Below are positions 52,836 to 64,000 of a stretch of 64,000 nucleotides of DNA, piece by piece. Under the pieces are notes generated by a model. It was not told where the DNA came from. It worked only from the letters and a program-made list of their open reading frames with translations, and made no database searches. Numbering within the stretch: position 1 is the stretch's first letter; each line of letters starts with the position of its first letter. Source of the DNA: Octopus sinensis (taxonomy: Eukaryota); the NCBI RefSeq assembly GCF_006345805.1, contig NW_021833416.1:29406-93405 (forward strand). Direction: 5' to 3'. Made by a program: the position numbers and the translations under genes.

Positions 52836-53125
52836 ATGTTGTGACAGGGGTATATATATATGATGGCCGTCCACTCGTGATCGAAGAAGACCCTTGCTGA
52901 CCTCCAGGAACATTGTTCGCTCTGGGGCTAACTAACATTTGGCATTTGCGGTACCGCTGGTGGCTACAGAGCCCTGCTCTTCACCAACATACATGACTAA
53001 AAACCTTGTAAGCCAAACTTTCCCCATTCACTTCACTACACCAGCAGAGTGCTTTCGAGCAGCACCCTTAAGTTCTTCATGAAGAATACGTTCTCTCTCA
53101 GAAGTGTCGGCTCCGTCCTATATAT

Positions 53126-53186
<61 letters not shown>

Positions 53187-53427
53187 ATATATATATATAT
53201 ATGAATAATGAAAGAATGGAGTCGAACGAAGTTTTCTGACGTGAATGTGCTACCCAGGTTTCGGTTAAACGAATTTTCCATGTGACGATAAACATAGGAT
53301 AATTCATTCACCACTTAAATATATATATATATATTATATATATACATATATATATACATATACATATACATATATATACATATATATACATATATATATA
53401 TACATATATAACATATATATACATATA

Positions 53428-53509
<82 letters not shown>

Positions 53510-53761
53510 GTAGATATATACATGTATGTATGTATGTAAGTATGTATGCATATGTGGTATTATGAAAATAAATATCTCTTTCATCATTTTGTTTATGCAC
53601 CAAATATTTGATGTTAGTTCAATTATCAATAACGTATGTTTGTCATATCTCTGATGTTACCTAGAGACAAAATTATGCTTCTGAAGAGCTTACCTGTTAA
53701 ACGTCGAGAAAAACTATGGAATATAATATATATATATATATAATATATATATATCTTTACT

Positions 53762-54165
53762 CTTTTACTCTTTTACTTGTTTCAGTCATTTGACTGCGCC
53801 ATGCTGGAGCACCGCCTTTAGTCGAGCAAATCGACCCCAGGACTTATTCTTTGTAAGCCCAGTACTTATTCTATCGGTCTCTTTTGCCGAACCGCTAGGT
53901 GACGGGGACGTAAACACACCAGCATCGGTTGTCAAGCAATGCTAGGGGGACAAACACAGACACACAAACACACATACACATATATACATATATATACATA
54001 TATACGACAGGCTTCTTTAAGTTTCTGTCTACCAAATCCACTCACAAGGCATTGGTCGGCCCGGGGCTATAGCAGAATACACTTGCCCAAGATGCCACGC
54101 AGTGGGACTGAACCCAGAACCATGTGTTTGGTTAGCAAGCTACTTACCACACAGCCACTCCTGAG
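53762..54165 (-). mobile_element. SINE family A, full length
   Basis: Tail (CTTTTACT) repeats through head, reverse complement. Confidence 0.92.
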
Positions 54166-55339
54166 CCTATATATATATGTATATATTCTTTCATTCTTTT
54201 ACTTGTTTCAGTCATTTGACCAGTGCTGCTTCTAGTCGAGCAAATCGCCCCCAGGACTTAAATTATTTTCTTTTCTACTCTAAGCACTGGGCCCGAAATT
54301 TTGGGGGAGTGAGTCAGTCGATTAGATCGACTCCAGTAAGCAACTGGTACTTAATTTATCGACCCCGAAAGAATGAAAGACAAAGTCGATCTCGGAGGAA
54401 TATTTCTCTTAATATTAATGCGCCACTGATAGAGATGTTCCCGGATATACGTGACAGCACTGCCACAGTGCTGTCACAGAATCAATGCACAGCAGAATCA
54501 ATGATTTTACAGGCTGCATTTTATTTAGCGTGAAATTAATAACAGACTGACCATCAAGGGATATTGATTTTGCTGATGTAAAGAAATAATTTAATGGTTA
54601 TATAATGTTGCACGTTGTTAATGTCAATGAGTTAAAACGTCTCATAAAACTTTAATAAGGAGACTTAAGCAAACGCGATCTGAAAATTGTTTGCTCCAAC
54701 AGACCAGAACTCGCTACTCTACCTGTCATTGCTTCGGTTGTTAACAACATCCTTATTGACTGATTGAAGGGATGGACACAATACATCTCAACACCAATTG
54801 ACCGCGACAAATAGAAAAGATATTGCAGAAAAAATGACACTGAATGTTGCATTTAAATTTTATAATAAATAATGCAATTGCGTGAAGGCTGTAGCTATTG
54901 CTGACATCATAGCATAAAACATAACCAACTTCTTCATGGTATGTTAGAGTCCGGTGGAAGTTTAAGCCAGTCAATCGTTATCTGATACAGACATCTTTAC
55001 CTTTAGTAATATATTCTCATTTGTCGATGACATAGATATTAATATTAATACTAACCAACAAGACAACATCTAGAGCAGAGAGAAATATATTATTGAAAAG
55101 ATCTGGCAAATAGCAAGATCCAGCCACCAAGGCAACAACATCACCCTCGGTTATCCGGCAAAACATCCTCAACAAGAGATTATCTGTTCTAGGTAAGGAA
55201 ATATGGATGGAAAATAGAAGCAGGAAAGAAATCTTCTATTTGTATTGCTATGAGAACTATAAAAACTCTGCTGTATTAGTAATTACGAAAATAAACATCT
55301 TGATAGGTGCCGTATCCAGTTCATGAAATATTAATCTGG

Positions 55340-55600
55340 AACTTGTTGTTGTTGTTAAGCAACAAGACGGGTAAGGGTGATTAGGTGATGGTCTAGGGCT
55401 TAGGGGTGGGAGACCCCAGACCTTGGAAAAAATCTTTGGTCGTCCTGTAGTTGACTGCTCTTTGTTGACGCCCGACACCACTGGGAGGTGGCCCTCGAAG
55501 TCGCTGGAAATAGAGATCTCCAGGTCCAAATTCTTCGACGGCATCTGGAACTGATAAAGCATGTGCCGAATTTCGTCCACTGCATGCCATCTTCATTTTT
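55340..55600 (-). mobile_element. Probable non-LTR retrotransposon 3' end with (AAC)n tail
   Basis: GC-rich block; minus reading ..YFQRLR..RTTKDFFQGLG..* followed by a short UTR and (AAC)n. Clade not established. Confidence 0.35.
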
Positions 55601-56729
55601 AGGATAAAATCAACAGGACTGGATCAGAATATATATATAGGTGAACTAGAAAAACTTGCAAACATCGTCAACAACAATGCATATAATGGAGTGTGCTTTA
55701 TGTACTGATACAAATACTGGAACAGTTTAGAAAAAAAGGAAAAAGTTGGACAATGAAATTTTTGGTGTAGCGAAACCAGATTCCTGGGCATTATGTTTGT
55801 TGATGCTACACCCAGAAGTGAATTTGCTTTCAAATATTTTTTTAGCACACTCTAAGTTACAAAATTAAATTTCAAAATCAATTTATAGAAAAGCAGCAAG
55901 GTCCATAAATTCATCATTATGTAAGTCAGAGTGGTTTCATAAAATACCTTGCGCTTACACCAAATGCAGCGTGGGAACAATTAAACCATAGATAATCAGA
56001 AAAACTAGACGTTATTAAACCAAATGACGTGCATGAAAAAGCAATGCAGGGACATCGCCACATAAAGGCGCGTCGGCTCGTAGTGTGAGTGAAGGATTGC
56101 AGAGCACTGGCGAGAACGTAATGGGAAGCAAATATCTGTACTCTATCCAGAAACAGAATGGATTCAACAGAAAATATTTTCAGACAAGCAAAAGATCCAA
56201 CACTGAAGCACGGACGTGGTACAAGTACAAAACTTACTCCCCCATACACACACACACGCGATATAAAGAACCAATGGTATAACAAAGTTCCTTAGCAACA
56301 ACTCATCACTATAGTAATAGAAGCATAAGTATATGGTAAGACTAAAATCGATTAAAGTCAACAACTATAGACACACATACATATATACGCATACAAGGAC
56401 ACATACACAAGCATGCTGTAATATCGGCATCGACAAAAGGCAATAAATGATCAAATATGAAATTAACACTAATCTTATACAACATCACCAGCTCACACTT
56501 TTGCGCTGGAGATTATAACATAAGAGAGGAAAATCAGTTTAAAATCTAAATCATTTGAAATTATATTCTCATTGAGAAAAGCCACAGAAGTGGTGATGCT
56601 AAAATAATATTGGTGGGTAAAAGAAACAATGTGTACAAACAACAGGTGGATGGGCTTGGGTTAGTCTTTCATATTTTGTCTCTTCCAAAATAGGGTAATT
56701 TTGACACACAAGTCTAGCAATTCTGAGGG

Positions 56730-57655
56730 AAGAGGTGATACGATTACATCGACTCCGGTGTCCAACGTGCAAATGATTCTGCCAGTCGCCGCCTTAACAA
56801 TAATAACCTTTTCTACTATAGTCACAAGGTCTGAAATTTGCAAGGAGGGAACTAGTCGATTACATCAACACCAAGGTGTAAATAGTGCATATTTCATCGA
56901 CTCCGAAAGGATAAAAGGCAATGTCGACCGACGCGGAATTTGAACTCAGAACGCAGAGACAACGAACTGCCGGAAACCAGTTTGCCCAGCGTGCTAACGA
57001 TACTGCCAAATTGTTGCCTACATAACAATAATGACTTTTTCTACTCTAGGCGCAAGCACCTAAATTTTGGGAGAGGGGTCCTGTCGATTAGATCGACCCC
57101 GGTACACAGCTGGTCCTTAATTATCGACACTGAAAAAATGAAAGGCAAAGTCGACCTCGGCGGAACTTGAACTCCAAACGTAAAGACAGAAGGAATACCT
57201 ATTTCTTTACTACCCACACAGAGAGGACAAACAAGGTCAGACAAACGGATTAAGTCGATAAGATCGGCTCCAGTGCGTAACTGGTACTTATTTAATCGAC
57301 CCCGAAAGGATGAAAGGCAAAGTCGACCTCGGTGAAATTTGAACTCAGAACGTAACGGCAGACGAAATACCGCTCAGCATTTCGCCCGACGTCCGAACGA
57401 TTCTACCAGCTCGCCCCGCCTTTCATAACAATAATAACCTATTCTTCTCTAGGGCACAAGGCCGAATTTTGGGCGGGTGGGACAATCGGTTAGATCGACC
57501 CTAGTACGCAAGTGATACTTAATTTAACGACCCCGAAAGAATGAAAGGCAAAGTCGACCTCGGCGGAATTTGAACTCAGAACGTAGCGGCAGACGAAATA
57601 CGGCTATGCATTTCGCCCGGTGTGCTAACGTTTCTGCCAGCTCGCCGCCGTTCAT
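56730..57655 (-). mobile_element. Stack of at least five SINE-B units, mostly the same orientation
   Basis: Repeated GAAAGGCAAAGTCGACCTCGGCGGAATTTGAACTC at about 56905, 57140, 57315, 57545 plus partial units. Confidence 0.9.
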
Positions 57656-58041
57656 AATACTAATAACGACATCTACAGCGATTACGTCAATAACGGCAAC
57701 GATAGATAATGAACCCTTGATCAAATATTCGTTCACGCTTGTCATATAACAAACATTCACGCACGAAGACACGTAAACACACAGCTAGACACGCACACAT
57801 TTATGATTCCGCTTACTCATATACAAATGGTATTCTTAACACACGCAAAAATCCATACGCAAACGCGCTCACACGCAACACTTTATGGCTAGAGAGATGG
57901 TGTGTGTGAGAGAGTCGTACACATGCATTTGCATATATGAACAGATATAATCGGTCAAATAAATTTAGGTTATTCTGTACAGTTGTATTTTGAGATATAC
58001 ATGTGTACGTGCATGCATACGTGCATACATATACCTCTCTA

Positions 58042-58118
<77 letters not shown>

Positions 58119-58370
58119 CACTCTCTCCTCTCTCTCTCAATATATATATATATATATTATATAATTATATGTAAATATATATATATTATATATCTATAAT
58201 ATATATATATATATAATATATATATATTATATATATATACGTATATATATATATATGTATATAAATGTATATATATATACATACACATATGTATATGTGC
58301 TTATATGCGTACATATATACATGCATACACATACATCCAGACCTATATACACCTTTATATTTATATCTGT

Positions 58371-58430
<60 letters not shown>

Positions 58431-59490
58431 TATATATATATATATATATATACAGGTATACATGTTGGCTTGCTGCTCTCTCCTCATCTCATACTACATA
58501 TATACATACATACATACATACAGCATACATACATACATACATACATACATACATACATACATACATACATGAAATTGTATTTTGATTATTCGCAATGCAG
58601 TATCTGTAAAATTCGGGTAATTTTTTATTGAAAAAAAAAAAATAGGAACGCATCCAGAAAATTGTCCATTGTCATTTTATCACTAATGATCACGTGATTT
58701 TATTTTTGTAATTTTCAAATGCATTTTGGTTCTACTCTTATTTCCATTTTCTTTTACTTTTATCCAAAATCGTATGACTTCGTTTCTATTTTTACTGGAA
58801 TTTGCATGCGTTGAACGATACTTCTTTATAATTTTTTTCTTTGAAGTTTTTTTTTTCTTCTTTTTTTATTATTATTATATTTCTTCGCTTCAAGTAATTT
58901 GATTATGTAAGGTTTCTCTCCCATTTCATACTTGAATAACTCTTACTGAAGGATATTAACATTTGACAAATTTCAATGGAGAAAAAATATATAGTTGCTG
59001 AGTTTCATGATGAAATTTATAGTTTCAGAACTATCTGTCAAAATGTAGCTGAAATAAAGATATTTTATATTTCATTCCATTCATCTCTTCATACATAGAC
59101 TACTTTATCACCATATCACCACCTCTGTAATTTCAGAATATTCCATGGATGACTTTTTCTTAAATTTAGTGTTTTTGGTATTTTATCAGTTTTCGGTTAA
59201 TACTCTCCGCTTTTTACTCTTCACTCATAGACACAGTTTCCTTTCTACCTTGCTACTTTGCTTCATATTTAGCTTTTACCATTTTTGTTCGTACTTATTC
59301 CAGACTGCTGACTCTCTCTCATATCACCTCTCACTTTTTCTTTTTCTTTCTATATTTCTCTGCATTCCTTCTCCCCCTCTCTCTGTCTCTCTCTTTGCCT
59401 CTCTCTCCTCCTCTCTCTCTTTCTCTTTCTTTCTTTCTGACCATTCTCTATTAATTTCAGTATCTCACTTGAGCATTCATTTATTTTGTG

Positions 59491-59790
59491 GAAGCACATG
59501 GCCTAGTGGTTAGAGTAGCGGTCTCGCGGTCGAGGGATCGCGGGTTCGAATCTCAGACAGGGCGATGTGCTTGTTAATGAGCAAAAACACCTAAGCTCCA
59601 CGCGGCTCCGGCAGAAGGTAATGGCGAACTTCTGCCGACACTTTCACCACAACCTTCTGTCACTCTTTCTTCCTGCATCTAGCAGCCCACCTGCGACGGA
59701 CCGGCGTTCCATCCAGGTAGGGAACCTATACGCCAAGGAAACCGGGAAACCGACCCTTATGAGCCAGGCATGACTCGAGAAGGAAACAAA
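59491..59790 (+). mobile_element. SINE family C, full length, with 14-bp TSD
   Basis: A box TGGCCTAGTGG, B box GGTTCGAATCT; TCATTTATTTTGTG at 59477-59490 and 59791-59804. Confidence 0.92.
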
Positions 59791-60043
59791 TCATTTATTT
59801 TGTGTCTCTCTACCATGCAAATAACAAAACTAATTTCTCTCTCACGTTTTCATATCAAGACAAAAGACATATTTTGAAAATGTTAAATTCTTCACTCTTC
59901 GAAGTAACTGAATCTATGAAACACTTCCATGAACTTTCTCTCTAAACATGAATGCAAAATCCGCAATCAGAATCGGTACTACAAGAAAAAATGGAAGGAC
60001 TACTAATGTAAATTCTAATTACACATTTAAACGGGTTATTGCT

Positions 60044-60347
60044 TTGTTTGTTCCTTCTCGAGCCACGCCTGGCTCATAGGGCCGGTTTCCTAGTTTCCTT
60101 GGCGTATATATTCCCCATCTGGACGGGACGCCGGTCCGTCGCAGGCGAGCTGCAAGTCGCAGGAGGAGAGAGTTAGAGAAAGTTGTGGCGAAAGAGTCAG
60201 CAGAAGTTCGCCATTACCTTCTGCCGGAGCCGCTTGAAGCATAGGTGTTTCGCTCATAAACACACACATCGCCCGGCCTGAGATTCGAACCCGCGATCCC
60301 TCGACCGCGGGTCCGCTGCTCTAATCCCTAGACCATGTGCCTCCACA
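60044..60347 (-). mobile_element. SINE family C, full length, inverted relative to the 59491 copy
   Basis: Colinear reverse complement of the preceding copy; possible eroded TSD AACGGGTTAT/AACGGCTTAC. Confidence 0.9.
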
Positions 60348-62313
60348 ACGGCTTACAGTAGCCAGAGCCGTCGCATGAATTTTAGATGCCCCGTACAACT
60401 TTTTGTTTCGAGGCCCTATTTCTTCAGTCAAAATTCATAATCAACCCACCTTTTATTCATAGCTATATCTTACTTTATTCTATCTGAAATTCAATATTTC
60501 ACATTATCCTGAATAACATTTTTAAAAGTACAAGTTAAATTTATTTAGGGCTGGAACTATCGTATGACTTCAGGTTTAGGAAGGCCAATATTTCATAGGG
60601 TTGAATATTTATTTAAGGGACTCGCAAGTACCAAAAGATAAGCAATTCAAAATGTGAAGTATAGTTGTCTCAGCTTTTGTATGCGAAGATTTTTATTCAA
60701 GAAGATTAAAATACAAAACAATTTCACTCCAAAACAAAAGCAAACTATTTCAAATTATATATTTTTGGAAAATAGACGTGAATGTTCTTAAAGACTTGAT
60801 AACAGTCGAAAAAGCCTTTTTTAAATATTATGTTTCAGTATTAGCTCTTATGATATTTCGCTTTAAATAGCCAATGCTGCAATTCAAACTGTAATGTCAA
60901 AATACCAAAGATGCAAAATATGAAGAATTTCTTACCTTTCTCTGAAATCACAAATTCAAGGGGAAATGGTACCTTGCAAAATAAAATACCTTGATCACAA
61001 ACTAGTTACAGCTGAAGAATTGAGATGCTTGGTGACAGTGAACAATCAATATCTGTATCCCTATATATGTAATAGATAGATACACACATATACATACACA
61101 CACAAAATCTTGTGTGTGTGTGTGTGCACGCGCACGCGCACGCGCACGCACACCTTGGTTTTGGTACAGAAAGCATTTTATCTCCAGTTTTTATTGCCTT
61201 AGGAGGTCAAAGGCTACTTTCCTGGGTACAAAGTGACCAGCTTTTCAACAAATATATAGAGAGAGATATAAATGAGGAGAGAGAAAGTGAGAGACAGAGA
61301 GACTAAGAGATGTGCTGTGTATCTATTAATCTATATATCTGTCTGTCTGTCTGTCTGTGTATCTATCTCTATCTCTATCGCTGTCTGTTTGTTTGTCTGT
61401 CAGTGTGTCTATCTCTCTCACACACTCTCTATCTCTCTCTCTGAGCTGGTCAAAGCCTTGTGAATGAACTTAATAGACGGACACAGATAAAAGCCAGTTG
61501 TATATACGAGTCTATGTATGTATGTATGAATGTGTGTACGTATGCCTGTATGTATATGTTTCTATGCATATATAAGTATACATCCTCACCTTTCATCACC
61601 ATTGCTTCTTTTTCTTGTCTTTTCTGTTCAAGTTGTTCTTATTTTCATTGTTTCGGATTTCTTTCGCTTTTCTTTTTATTTACCCAGGGAATTCGTTGAC
61701 AAACATTCTTCATATACTTTTTCGTTTCTTTTAAATTTATTTACGGTAAACCCTCGTATGTTTTTCCTTTCCTCGTTTGGCTTGAAATTTATTGTTAACA
61801 GCTTCAACCTTCCTGGAACTTCTATTTACATAAACCGATGGTGATTTGAGCACTTTCGCCTGACGATCACATTACCGTGAAACACAAGAGGCGAAACAAG
61901 AACTCAGCTTCAGTTGCAATAACATCTATCCTTACGTGTGTATGTGTGTGCGTGTTTGTGTGTGAGTATATGTGTGTGTGCGTGTGTGTGTGTATGTGTA
62001 TGTGTGTGTATGTGTCTGTATCCTCTGACACAGCTTCAGTTTGCCAAGAAGTATAGTGGAAAACGTAAGCTCCAAATGCATCGCCGTGGGACTCAACGTA
62101 AGACATGTTTCGGAAGCAAGTTTCTTTACCATATAGCAGCGTCTGCACCTACACACACACACACATACACACACACACACGTACACACACGCACACATAT
62201 CCGTGTATGCGCATGTTTGTGTGTGTGTGATTATGTGTGACTGTATGTATGTATATGTGTATATGGATATATATATATCTACACATACATATATATGTGT
62301 GTGTATGTATATG

Positions 62314-62361
<48 letters not shown>

Positions 62362-63221
62362 CGCATATATATATGTATAAATATATGTATACATATAAAT
62401 ATATGTTTGTGCACGGGTGTATATATATATATATATATATATATGCATAAATATATGTATACGCACATATATATACATATGCATATATATATGCATAAAT
62501 ATATGTATACATATATATATAAATTTGTATATATATATATATTGTGTATATATATATTATATATATATAATATATATATCTATAATATATATATATATAT
62601 ATAATATTATATATATATATGTATGTATAAATATATGTATACATATAAAGATATATATGTGCGTGTGTATATACATATCAAGTGTGTGTGTATATTATGT
62701 ACATATGGCGTGCATATATGTGGGTGGTATTTTAAACAATTCACTGCAACAGCCACCATGATTACCACATTAAAATCTTACACCCAATCATTATATCGTC
62801 CCCAAATGCGTAATATGAAGAAGAGGACTCCGTCATGTGGAGTTTAATATAATTTGAACCAGTAAAGAGTCTTTTCTCATGCCTGGTGAACTATTACTTG
62901 GCGTTAAATACTATAATTCAATTGTGACAGCTATCAAGTTTTCTGGTTAAATTATTCATGATCATATTTATTGGACACTAAAGTAGGAATGTACCCGATT
63001 TATTGCCGTTCGTTAGCTTAATGACACACGGGAACGAATGCGTGCACATGCACACAGACGCCGACATGTAAAAACGTACACAAACCCGCACACGTACACA
63101 CAGATATGTACACACTTGCACACACGCACACGTACCCACACACATACAATATGCACACACATATATATATATTTGTATGCATACGCAAATGTACATATAT
63201 ATATATATATGTATATATATA

Positions 63222-63253
<32 letters not shown>

Positions 63254-63389
63254 GATATATAAATAGATCTACATATGCACATATGCATATATATACATAT
63301 ATATATTTATATACACCTATATATGTATATATATATGTATATCCGTATATAATACACATATACATACATATATATATATATATACATAT

Positions 63390-63426
<37 letters not shown>

Positions 63427-63825
63427 ATCTTAACGTTTGCTTTTACGTATCCGTATTTGTAAAAGCATTTTAACATGAAACTGACGGATTACTCAATACT
63501 TTTCGCAAGGAATCATGTTTATAGAACTTTTACAAAAAGAAGTGCAATAAAAGAAGTGTAATAGTGACTTCGCCATCCTTTATACATACATACAATCATA
63601 TATATATACATAAATACATAATTGCATATACAAACATATATATATATATATATATATATTTCTTTTTCTAAAATCTCTCTAACGGATCAACACAGTAGTT
63701 GTACTATGAAGTAATATTCGTAGACACCTCAACATAGCTGTCCGTTCTATAGAAACCGTTCGAAAGTCGGCGAACTGGCAGGATCGTTAGCACGTCGGGC
63801 GAAATACATTCGACGCTTGACATAT

Positions 63826-64000
63826 TCATAGAGAACCCGTTTCTCATCACCAGTCACTATTCCGTCCAAAAAAGGTTCATTCGTGAGACGTAAACAGCGC
63901 ACGATTAGACCCGAAAAGTTTGTGAGGAACGCATTGACCCAACTTGCTGACTTTTCCGGTGGCTCGCAAGTGTCGTTGAAGGTTGAATGACAAAATCCAA
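63826..64000 (-). mobile_element. Mariner transposase remnant running off the window end
   Basis: HLRATGKVSKLGQCVPHKL (cf. WVPHEL) then, shifted, EPFLDGIVTGDEKRVLYE (first catalytic D motif TGDEKW). Confidence 0.85.

Noticed and set aside
59491-59565. tRNA-like sequences at SINE heads (also 14000, 17200, 28040, 34700)
   Set aside because: A and B boxes are present but they continue into SINE bodies with no complete cloverleaf; not tRNA genes.

Overview
This window is eukaryotic, AT-rich, microsatellite-saturated intronic or intergenic DNA. The SINE repertoire and repeat style suggest an octopod cephalopod (inference; no search run). I cannot support any intact host protein-coding gene, and almost all of the long ORFs in the track are read-throughs of (TA)n/(ATGT)n/(AGAT)n repeats. 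What I can support: (i) many copies of at least four tRNA-headed SINE-like families, which I label A-D; (ii) decayed transposon remnants (Tc1, maT/DD37D-like, three mariner pieces, Tigger-like end, hAT-like MITE, RTE, R4/Dong-like, Penelope-like RT, possible Helitron); (iii) about a dozen minimal type-I hammerhead ribozyme (HHR) motifs (CUGANGA...GAAAC...NUH with palindromic stem III) in several distinct Penelope-like repeat families. The most striking structure is a composite seen twice (16987-17338 and 29445-29825): Pol III tRNA-like head + (AAT)n + HHR + tail, each time with an inverted copy of its own 3' end fused to the 5' side. It looks like a SINE-headed, ribozyme-carrying non-autonomous element mobilised Penelope-style. 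All motif calls and alignments were made by eye, and coordinates of degenerate repeats are approximate.
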